Source: Octopus vulgaris (taxonomy: Eukaryota). Taken from it: a DNA stretch of 64,000 nt. Of the stretch, positions 28,701-40,800 are shown in pieces. Position numbers and translations under genes: made by a program. Each line of letters starts with the position of its first letter. Positions within the stretch are counted from its first letter, which is position 1. Location: contig OX597820.1 of NCBI GenBank assembly GCA_951406725.2, positions 89,032,001 through 89,096,000 on the forward strand, written 5' to 3'. The notes under the pieces were generated by a model, which made no database searches, was not told where the DNA came from, and worked only from the letters and a program-made list of their open reading frames with translations.

Positions 28701-31700
28701 TTCAAATAAACAATTAATTCTAATAAGTGAGTAAAAATTAATGGACAACAAGAGGACGTGCACAAGGAATGGATTAGCTTGACACTTGGGGAAAAGAGAG
28801 AGCTTGACGTTTTGAGCATAGCTCTTCATTGGAATGGAGAAAGGGAAAATTCTAAAGAAATCAAAGAAATTGCCAACAGCACATGTGCAATATTTTGGAG
28901 ACGTCTGCAATCTAATAAAAGACAAAGACCACTGCTCAATCACATTGATGCTAGAGGCAGAGTCACACAACACACAATATGAAATTGAGGAGCTACCAAA
29001 GCTAACGGAGTACATTTGGAACGACACAGAGAAGTGTACCTCAGTTGTGGCTGCTTGAAAATAAAGAAGACGAAGATGAAAGTGGTGGCAACAAAGAGGA
29101 CAAAAATGATTACGACGACAACAACAACAACAACAGCAGCAGCAGCCATTCAAGAATTTGGACCTAGAGATCTCCATTTCCTGCGACTTCGAGGGCCACC
29201 TCCCAGTGGTGTCGGGCGTCAATGAAGAGCCCTTGACTACAAGACGGCCAAAGTTTTTTTTTTTTCCAAGGTCTGGGGTCTCCCGTCCCTAAGCCATAGA
29301 CCATCACCTAATCACCCTTACCCGTCTTGTTGCTTAACAACAACAACAACAACAACAGCAGCAGCAGCAATTATTACCTCTAATTAGTACCACATCTCTA
29401 ATTGTGGAGGGAACATGTGGAAGGAGATGTAGGGTGAAGTGGTGTGAAAGGATCTTCGGGTGTTAGGCTTCACAGTGGGGGATTACGAAGGACAGAGATT
29501 CTTGGTGGTTTGCTGTGGTTGAGAAGATACATCAAGCTAAGTAAAATCATGGTTGTCCTTGCATACATGCATGTTCCCTGTATCCCTCTGCAGCTGAGCG
29601 ATCCTAATCTTGATAAATTAGGGGTGTGGGTGCTGGTGCCATGTAAAAAGCACCTGTACCAGTGCCATGTAGAAGCTCCCATACCAGTGTTGCATAAAAG
29701 CACCCAGTACACTCTGTAAAGTGATTGGCATTAGGAAGGTCATCCAGCAGTAGAAACTATGCTAAAACTATGCTAAAATTAAGGCGGCGAGCTGGCAGAA
29801 ACGTTAGTATTTCGTCTGCCGTTACGTTCTGAGTTCAAATTCCATCGAGGTAGACTTTGCCTTTCATCCTTTCGGGGTCGATAAATTAAGTACCAGTTAT
29901 GCACTGGGGTCAATGTAATTGACTTAATCCCTTTGTCTGTCCTTGTTTGTCCTCTCTATGTTTAGCCCCTTGTGGGCAATAAAGAAATAAGAAACTATGC
30001 CAAAACAAGTATGGGGCCCAGGTAGCCCTTCAGCTGGCCAGCTCCTGTTAAGCTAGCATGGAAAATGGATGCTAAATGATGATGATGATGTGGCCTGTAT
30101 GGGGATGTGACAAAGAAAGGTCTCTTTACAGCCATTTGGTTTGGTTCAATTCCAACTGTCTTCTATCACAGCTTTAGTCCAACAAAAGAATTGACAGTGA
30201 AATTTGAGAGACAGAAATTATATATTGAGTCCTGTTAGAGGGACTGTTCCAGTTTTTGGATGGTAAATATAATCTATTGCTTCAGTTTAACATTGTAACA
30301 GGATGAAAGGTCTGTAACACTAAAGGGGTGCAGCTTTCATCCCTTACATCATCATCATCGTTTAGCATCCGCTTTCCATGCTGGCATGGGTTGGACGGTT
30401 CAACTGGGGTCTGGGAAGCCAGAAGGCTGCACCAGGCCCAGTCTGATCCGGCAATGTTTCTACGGCTGGATGCCCTTCCTAACGCTAACAAATAATTTAT
30501 CGAAGGAAAAGCCAAGACTTTCGAATATCTTCAACAGCATAAATATTTTTATTTTCTGGATTCGCAATACATATATATATATACATTTCTTTCCGGGTGA
30601 ATCGGTAGCCTAGGAGCTAATCGCAGCAGTCTAATGGAGTGAGCTAAATCCTGTCTCGTTCCAGCATAGTGTAGCGTCGCCACGTGGTGGCAGCTTGGGA
30701 GAGCTGGCAAAACACGTCCTTTCTGTTCACTGTCAGCCTTCGAGAGAGGTCGATACAGCGGGAAATTTTGCTGCTGCTAGTTCTCTGCGCACGTGCATGA
30801 GGGAACTTCCGGCAGGCCTCCCGGAAGAAATCCAACTCTGCGCATGTGCACTGAAAACTTCCAAAATGGTGTCACTACAACTTCACAACCTGGTCCTTGG
30901 GTAGCTTTAGAAGAGTCCAATCTATGGCAAGTATTCTTGTCAGGTTTTCAGTCTGGGGATAACCCTCACCACCACCATCACTCCTACATGTCTCAAAGGC
31001 TCCAACAAAATGCTTGTAGGTATTCCTTTCTGCCTACCATTAAATCTTTATCATTTAACTTTTATCTTTTACTTGTTTCAGTCATTCTTACCACACAGTT
31101 ATGCCAGCACCCAAACTTGATTACATTTTCTAAACAGAAATATTAAAAAGTTAGGTTAAAGGAAACTCACCTTGTCTATTTTAGACTCTTTTTTGAGTTC
31201 ACTTGTCCTAAGAACTGCACCGAGCATGCAACAAAGGGAGACAATCACAATTAAACCCGGGCTGTTCAACCAAAGGCTCCTGGAAAATAACAAATAAGAA
31301 AAAAAACACAATCAATTGGGGGATCTAATTAATGATTTCAAATTTTGGCACAAGGCTAGCAAGTTTGGGGAAGTGTTTAACTGGTACTTATTTTATCAAC
31401 CCTGAAAGGATGAAAGGCAAAGTTGTCCTTGGCAGGATTTGAACTCAGATGGTGAAGATGGACAAAATGCCACGTACGTATGTATGTATGTATGTATTAT
31501 GTATGTATGTATGTATGTATGTATGTATGTATGTATGTATATATGTATGTATGTATGTATTATGTATGTATGTATGTATGTATGTATGTATGTATGTACA
31601 GGCACTGGCATGGCTGTATGGTTAAGAAGTTTGCTATGTAACCACAGGCTCATTGGTTCAGTCTCACTCCATCTTACCATGAACAAGTGTCTTCTACTAT

Positions 31701-34700
31701 CACCCCTGGACTAACCGATACCTTGAGTGAATTTGCTTGGCAGAAACTGCATTTAGTGTGTATGTACATGCATGTGTGTATGTGTGTGTGTGTGTGTGTG
31801 CACATAAATAGTTAAAAAGGCTCCCTGCACATATTCCATAAAAAAATTCCATTCACAAAGTATTGGTCTGTTTGAAGGTGAAGTAGAAGAGATTTACCAT
31901 AGGTGCTATGCAGTGTGGTTGCAAAGCAAACGTTCAAAGAATACGGCTATGATTGTGCCAAAGATTTGGCACATCTAAATCCCTGCAATTCAAACGAAAT
32001 TAACATACCATTTAGCTTTTTTCAGTGAAGAGCATGAAAAATATCTTTGCACTTGAGACTGGTTCACAGCATAAATTGATGCATAGAGCACAGTTCCACC
32101 AATTATTGTTGATGTGACGGAGTAGTTTTTGCCTTCTTGAAACCTGAAGTAATAAGGATATATATAATTAGTGCATTGGAAAAGATATCTGAGGGCGTGT
32201 GATAGAGAGTTGGGCAGAGGAAATGGGATACATAAGTTGATTGGAAGGAAGTGGGAGCAGAGAGAGAGAGAGTGAGAGAGAGAGAGAGAGTGAGAGAGAG
32301 AGAGAGAGGAAAAGAAGTGGTAGAATGTAGGAGAAAAGTACAGCTAGTTATCACTTGTAAGCAAGTACAGCTTGGTAATGTGTCTCATCATCATCGTTTA
32401 ACCATTTAGATTTAATACAGTTCTATCTGGTCCAAAACATCTACCTGTTTTATGTTAAAACTGACCAGATCCAACCTCTCACATCTACCCTACAATACAC
32501 ACACAAGCATGTATCTGACTCATGCACTGTTCACTTTCCAATCATTTGTACGTTACTGCATATGCTTTATATGCACTTTTGACAAGTTGTGGTGCACCTG
32601 AGCACTGTATACAATAATTTCATTATTATTTTTTTAAAAAATATAGCAAGAGTATAAAAAAGAAAAAATATGTAACTTACATAGAAGCAGCTGTATCATT
32701 AATTGTTGCATTGTAGAAAACCTCTGCAACGTTCCTCGAAGAAAAGGTAGAGATAACAATGGCCAGAAGACCAATAAACATTGTAATTAATTGAAAAGCC
32801 TCAATATAAGTGTTGGCTTTTAGTCCACCCTGGAAGATAAAAAAAACAAAAAATGGGTTAAGTATGTATTTATTCTTTTGTTTCAGTCATTTGACTGAGG
32901 CCATGCTGGAGCACCATCTTAAAAGGGGTTTTAGCAGAAGAAATTGACCCCCAAGTCTCATTCATTGTAAGTATAGTACTTATTCTATTGGTCTCTTTTG
33001 CCAAACCGCTAGGTTACTGGGACAAAAAACACACCAGCATCAGTTGTTAAGCAATGACAGAGGGACAAACACAGACACACACACACACATTTATATATAT
33101 ACAATGGGCTTCTTTCAGTTTCTGTCCACCTAATTCATTCGCAAGACTTTGGTTGGTCCAAGACTACAGCAGAAGACACTTGCCCTAGGTGACATACAGT
33201 GGGACTGAACCTGGAACCATGTGGTTGGGAAGTAAGCTTTGTACCACACAGCCACGCCTGCACCTATGTTCAAGAAATTTTAGGTAGGATACAAATTTTA
33301 AATGATATTTTGTTTTATCGCATGTATTCACATACAGTATCTTTATTAGGTGTGAGGTTAAGAAGTTTTCTTTGCAACCATGTGGTCATAGATTCAGTGC
33401 CACCATGTAGCACCTTAGAAAAGACTTCTACTATTGTTTTAGGGCAAACAATGCTCTGTTTTGTATAAATCTAATTCTTTTGGCTTCTGGAGATGAGGTA
33501 GGACAATTGTTATGCTGATGAAGAAGACTATTGAGTTAGAAACACAACTACCGTCAAGTGTACTCATATCTCCAGACAATAAGTCTATCCATTTCCTTAA
33601 TAGCAATGTCAATTTTCTAGCCATTAGCCTGCTTCTGACTGCTTATATGTATATGTATGTATGTGATCATCATCATCATCATCATCATGTAATATCCGCT
33701 TTCCATGCTGGCATGGGTTAAATGGTTTAACCTCCAGCTGCCTGAAACTATCACCTGTATCATCTCTTGTGAAAGGTAGAAGAGTCCAGTTTGCTGGACA
33801 TTGTTGTAGAGCTGAAAACGACATAATCTCTACTCTTCTCCTCTGGAAGCCATCTGCTTGCAATACCAGAGGGCGCACACTCTCCTACACCCAATGTAAT
33901 CTCCAGGGATACAGGCATCCAGCAAACAAGTCCTCCGTAATGCTATGATGGACCGTGAAGTCTGGCGTAACTTAGTAAATTCCATTGTCTCGACCACGGT
34001 CGAACAATGATGATGATGATGATGATGTTGAGTTATGGTTTCTATGTTTGGATTTGTGTGAATAACGCTACAGTTAAACAATTTACAAGTCATTGACCTG
34101 GTACCGCCTAAAAAAAAAAAAAAAAACAGAAAAAAACCGAAAAAAAAAACCCAAACAAATGCTCAGCTAAAACAAAAACCTCTCCCTAGTTTAAAAAGGA
34201 TCATTAATCTTCTGTTTCTTTCCTGTTCTCCTCTTTGCATTCCTTCGCCACTCTTATTCTCTATCTTCAACATGACCCTCTCAAAGTTTCATTTCCTTCC
34301 TCTTTCTAACCACTCTTTCCTATCTCACACACTTCTATCATACATGTTAACAAGTTATTCTCTGCCACTTACTGTCATTCACCATTGTGACACCACATTC
34401 ATAGACTAACAACAAAGCAAGCCTTTCTTTGGTTTTTTAAAGTACTTCTCCCAACGAGATATTTATTTCTGATATCTTACACTTAATGAATAAAGTGACA
34501 ATGATCACCATTACTATTCTTTTTTGGTTTTATTTCTTTTTCTTTTTTTTATTTATAAATCCATGCACCACAGATGCAAATCTTTATATATAAAAGTGAG
34601 GTTGTGTGTCTGTCTCCTACGATTTAGATTCCTAACTACTCCCACATTTTGTGGTACAGTTTAACCAAAACCGGGTATCTTATAGTCGTGATTCATATCG

Positions 34701-37647
34701 AGCCCTTCTGGGTATTAGCGCGCGTCTACGATGAGTCTACGATTTAAAAAAAAATTTACCATCATTTTTTTCCATTTTAATGCATTTTTTCGCTATTATA
34801 TAAGGGAAGTAACTCTCTAAAAATGTCTACGATGAATCAACGATTTAAAAAAAAAATTTACCATCATTTTTTTTTCCATTTTTAATACATTGTTTTTGCT
34901 ATAACTCTCTAAAAATGCTTATATAGTTATTTCCCTTACAAACCCGAGCAACGCCGGGCGATACTACTAGTTATTAAATAAAAGACTTTGATTGTGACTA
35001 AAAGAAAACAAAAATTACTTTTGGGGAGACTGACATTTCAGGAGTTCTCTCCCTTGCCTCATCAGATTTTTTTTCTACTGCTAATGATTTTTTATAGTTG
35101 TAATTTAAAATTAATTAAAAAATATTTTTGGTTCACTACCTCAAAGGTGATAAAAGTAAACATTAGTTATGTATTGCATTTTAGTTATGTATCCCATAAA
35201 TAATGCAGTTTTTCAATTACGTGAACTAAAAGTCGGAAGAGGACGGGATAAACTACCTGCATCAACTTGCTATAAAAGCAGATGGTAATTTTACCATGTA
35301 CTTATTCTTAGTGTGAGTTTTGAAGAGTGCAGTTTGATTTTAACAGTTATTTTTTTGAAAGCTATAATGGAAGTGGCAAAGGAGCATATTCAGCATATTT
35401 TGCTTTATGAGTTCAATAAAAGCAACAACGCAATGGAAAGTGTGAGGAATATTAATGCAGTATATGGGTATCGGACAATAAGCGTAAACCAGTGCCAATG
35501 GCGGTACCAGAGATTTCCAGCCAGAAACTAGTCTAGAAGACAAGTCATCCTGGAAGATCTGCAGAGCTCAACGAGGATGTCCTGCAACGAGGATGTCCCT
35601 GGTGGAACAAAATCTCATTGTGACTGTTGAAGAACTAGCAGAGAAGCTTGGATTTGGTCATTCAAATAGTCATTCAAGTCAGTGCTAGAAGAAAAATGTC
35701 CATCTTTGGTTTCAAGACAAAAGGTGTTCTTCCATGAGGATAATGCTCGGCCACATACAGTGAGGATGACATTCCAAAGGCTGGAGTAGTTTGAATGGAA
35801 AACGATGCCCCACCCATTATATTCACTGGACATTGCTCCATCTGATTATCATTTATTCTGCAGTCTTCAAAATCATTTGGATGAAAAAAAAAAAAACGAA
35901 TTCTGAGGTCAGAACAGTACTGGAAGATTATTTTTTGCCACAGACAAGGGAATTTTGGAAGAGGGGGGCTTTGCAGGTCTACCAGATAGATGGAAGAGAT
36001 TGTAGAAAATGAAAGAGAGTATGGAGTGGTTGTATACTGTCAACCTAATGTGACAGTCCCGTATGGGAATTACATCACCGCTGTTTAGCCCTAGGAAGCA
36101 TCAAACGCTTCCTGTAGGCTTTGACACATTTCCTGTGTCCTTATATTTGTGAAGGGGAGGCAAGCACCCCCACCAGCCAAGATTCACACCTGAGGATATG
36201 CATGTTTCTGGGTCTTAACCTGTCATCAGCCCAGGATAGGTGCTTGCCTCTCCTTCACAAATATAAGGACACAGGAAATGTGTCAAAGCCGACAGGAAGC
36301 GTTCGATGCTTCCTAGGGCTAAACAGCGGTGGTGTAATTCCCATACGGGACTGTCACGTTAGGTTGACAGTATACAACCACTCTATCGCTCCACCACCGC
36401 TCATGTCTCTTTGAGACATTTAGAAATTTAATATTTCTAATGAAGGAGAGTATATTTTAGATTAAACAAGAAGTTTGTTTATCTTAATTTTGAAAAATAA
36501 ACGAAGTATAAAAAGAAGCACATCATTTATGAGATGACCCAATAACTTATAGCCCTGATAGATGTTATTGTTTAGTCCCAGGTCAGCTTAACCTTTTAAC
36601 ATTTTAACTGACCATATCTGACCAAAATATTCTGTTTAAAGTTAAAACTGATCAGATCCAACCTTTCAAACCTACCCTACAATATCGTTCTAAAAATATA
36701 CAAACACATCATTGAAATCTTGAAGCTACAAGATAATGCATGATTAATTAAAAACTATGTGGGTAAATAAGCAATTAATTGGCCAAAGAAATCTGAATGC
36801 TAAAGAGTTAAATCAACTAAACCTTATGATAAAACGTTTTCTAGCAATAACCATCTCATTTTTATTTAAAAATATGTATTTAAGATTACACTATCTAACA
36901 TGTCCTTTCGTTCTTATTAGGGAATGATTCGAGGGAGATTCGGTCTCTATTTCTAGCAGGTTGAATGGTCACAAAGAGACTTCCTCATTTGCTTGGCAGT
37001 TGTAGTAAAAAGACAGAACAGCCAGACAACTGATAAGATATCGATTCTACACATATGCACGCATTTGCGCATGCACTCACACACACACAGAGGAGGAGAC
37101 ATGGCTGTTTGGTAAGAGGTTTGTTTCCCAAATGTCTTCTAGTATAACCCTTAACTGACCATAGCATTGTGATTAGATTTGGTAGAGGGAAACTGAAAGA
37201 TGCCAATATGTGTGTGTGTGTGTGTATGTGTGTACACACACACATACATTGTGAGAGTGAAGTACCGTGTAATTGTTTATCTTAAGCAATTCTATATCTT
37301 TGCTATCATTCGATGTGATGAGCCAGAAACTGGATTATATTGGTGTACATATAAGGTACTTGCCCAAATTCCAAATCCTTATTTCTTTTACGTTATATAT
37401 ATATGTATATATATATATGTGTGTGTCCTTGTTTTGGCATCACGTAGTAGTTGTAAATAATTGCCACTGTCAGACAAGCAATGTCATTCATTTCTACTAT
37501 CCTCAAGAATATGTCTCGAGAAATATTACCTTGCTTGGAAACAGGTTAAGGTTGGTGACAGGCAGGGTATCTGGTTGCAGAAAATCTGCTTCAAATAAAT
37601 TCTATTTGACTCATAGAAGCATGGAAAAGGGATGCTAAATGATGATA

Positions 37648-37682
<35 letters not shown>

Positions 37683-37798
37683 ATATAGTAGTGAAGGCTG
37701 TTTTCAAAATGTTCAATCTCATGGAAAAGAAAATCAAAAAACTGAGATGAATTGGGATATGTTGTGTGTGTATGTATGTATGTATGTATGTATGTATG

Positions 37799-37833
<35 letters not shown>

Positions 37834-40800
37834 ATATGCTGTGTGTGTATGTATATATATATATATATATACATATGTATATATGCTCTGTGTGTATGTA
37901 TATGAATATATAATATATGTATGTATATATGCTGTGTGTATGTATATATAAATATGCTTATACGCTGTGTGTGTATGCATATATATACATAATCTTTTAC
38001 TTATTTTAGGCATTTGACAGTGGCCATACTGGAGCACTGCCTAAAAGGGTTTTAGTTGAAGAAATTGACCCCAGGACTTATTCTTTGTAAACCTAGCACT
38101 TATTCTATTTTGCTGAACAGCTAAGTTATGAGGACATAAACACACCAGCATTGGTTGTCAAGCGATGGCAGTGGGGACAAATGCAGACACAGACATGAAA
38201 ACACACACACACAAACACACAACAGGTTTCTTTCAGTTACCATCAACCAAATCCACCCACAAGGCTTTGGTTGGGCCAAGGCTATTGTAGAAGACACTTG
38301 CCCAAAGTGTCATGAAGTGAGACTGAACCTGGAACCATGTGATAGCGAAGCAAGCTTCTTACCACACAGCCACACCTGCACCTATATGTGTGTGTATGTG
38401 TGTAGTGGTGGGTGCACGTGCATATGTATATGATGATGATGATGATTGCCTTATCTAGTCAGATGATAGCCATCTCATGTACAAACTGATTGTTCTGATT
38501 TACTTTCATCCTTGCATATGCATGGATAGGACTTTATGCCATGCATCCATTGCCATAGGATTTTATATTATACAAAACAGATCAAGAAATGATAGCAAGG
38601 TGTCTGTATGTGATTAGATTTAAGTGACAAAAGCTTCTGCAATACTTTTGCCAATCTCTTGGTCATCACAGTAAGTTCCAGACTGGTACTATTTTGACTG
38701 CAAGTTTTATGCCAGAGTATCTTTCTCCTGTGGAGGTGCAATGGCCCAGTGGTTAGGGCAGCGGACTCGCGGTCGGAGAATCGCGGTTTCAATTCCCAGA
38801 CCGGGCGTTGTGTGTGTTTATTGAGTGTAAACGCCTAAAAGCTCCACAAGGCTCTGGCAGGGGGTGGTGGCGACCCCTGTTGTACTCTTTCACCACAACA
38901 TTCTCTCACTCTCTCTTCCTGTTTCTTGAGTAACGCTGCAATGGACTGGTGTCCCGTCCAGCTGGGGGGGGGGCACATATGTCACAGAAACCGGGAAACT
39001 GGGCCCATGAGCCTGGCTAGGCTTGATAAGGGCGACGTTTTTTATCTTTCTCCTAGAAGGGCTACCTCCCCAATGGTTTTTTTTTTTTTTTAAATGGAAG
39101 CCTCCTCTACCATTGGGAAATCTATTAAACACATAGATTGGACTCTGACAGGTTCTATTGTTCTGGGTCAGAACAAACTTGGGAGCAATGGTAACTAAGA
39201 GGTCACTCCATGGTCCTAACAATTCCAGAATTCTTCATGTCATGCATTCATTGTTATAGGACTTTATAAAATGCAAAAGAGATTAAGAATGATAACAATC
39301 AAGAAGTGATAGCAAGACATCTGTACATCATTGGATTTAAGTGACAAAAGTTTCTTATTTCTTTATTGCCTACAAGGGGCTAAAGATAGAAGGGACAAAC
39401 AAATGGATTAAGTCGATTACATCGAATCCAGCACGTAACTGGTACTTAATTTATCGGCGCCGAAAGGATGAAAGGCAAAGTCAACCTCGGTGGAATTTGA
39501 ATGTAACGGCAGACGAAATACCTATTTCTTTACTACCCACAAGGGGCTAAACACAGAAAGGACAAACAAGGACAGACAAACGGATTAAGTCGATTATATT
39601 GAGCCCAGTGCGTAACTGGTACTTATTTAATCGACCCCGAAAGGATGAAAGGCAAAGTCGACCTCGGTGGAACTTGAATGTAACAGCAGATGAAATACCT
39701 ATTTCTTTACTACCCACAAGGGGCTAAACACAGAAAGGACAAACAAGGACAGACAAACGGATTAAGTCGATTATATTGAGCCCAGTGCGTAACTGGTACT
39801 TATTTAATCGACCCCGAAAGGATGAAAGGCAAAGTCGACCTCGGTGGAACTTGAATTTAATAGCAGATGAAATACCTATTTCTTTACTACCCACAAGGAG
39901 CTAAACACAGAAAGGACAAACAAGGACAGACAAACGGATTAAGTCGATTATATTGAGCCCAGTGTGTAACTGGTACTTATTTAATTGACCCCGAAAGGAT
40001 GAAAGGCAAAGTCGACCTCGGTGGAATTTGAACTCAGAACGTAACGGCAGACAAAATACCACTAAGCATTTCGCCCAGCGTGCTAACGTTTCTACCAGCT
40101 CACCACCTTCAGTGACAAAAGCTTCTGCAACACTATTACCAATCTCTTGGTCACCATTGTAGGTTCCAGACTGGTATTATTTTGACTACAGGTTTTATGC
40201 CGGAGTATCTTTCTCCTAGAAAAGTTACCACCCCCACTGGTTTATTAAGAATAATGGAAGCCTCCTCTACTGCTGGGAAATCTGTTAAACACATAAATGG
40301 GACTGACAGGTGCTACTGTTCTGGGCCAGAACAGACTTTGGAGTAATGGCAATTAAAGAGTGATTCCATGCTTCTGACAACTCCAGAATTCTTGAATTGG
40401 AGCCCCACCATGAGATGTAGTTTAATATCATACCCAGAGCAAATTCACTCAAGGTGAGACTGAAGCCAAAACTATGTAATGGTCGTGAAGAAAACTTCTT
40501 AATAACACAGCCAGGTCTATCACTAATATTTGGAAGAAAAAGGAAAATGGATAAAAATCTAACAGGTTTAAACAATAAATCTCCAAGTGTAAATATTCTA
40601 CAAGGCATGCAGTATTGTAAAATCTATTTCAGATTTCACAACAAAGAAATTTTATACAACTACTTCTTAGACTTCAATTATATATAAAATGCAGTTCTTT
40701 TTTTTTTCCTGCTTAAAGCATAAACTTTAAATGGAAACAATCAATAAGCTTAACAGCAAAAGAAGTAAGAAAAACAATTGCCAAAAATGACATTAAACAA

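Larger units (their letters stand above)
35183..36544 (+). mobile_element. Decayed, internally deleted mariner (Mos1/Hsmar-like) transposon
   Basis: [52 protein letters not shown]; TIR-like ends cccataaataatgc / catcatttatgagatgacccaata. Confidence 0.85.

Noticed and set aside
37591-38037. Long ORFs rich in YI/HT/CV/poly-H, D, M or N (also 22516-22940, 31396-31714, 49466-49966, 57618-57981)
   Set aside because: Translations of microsatellites and SINE bodies; no coding signal.
38731-38805. tRNA-like sequences at SINE heads (also 15390, 23725, 48632, 50120)
   Set aside because: They continue into SINE bodies and lack intact cloverleaf stems; not functional tRNAs.
39351-40110. Regular repeats (also 5900-6200 and 18365-18495) superficially like a CRISPR array
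   Set aside because: Whole units repeat without unique spacers; eukaryotic SINE-internal tandem repeats with no cas genes.
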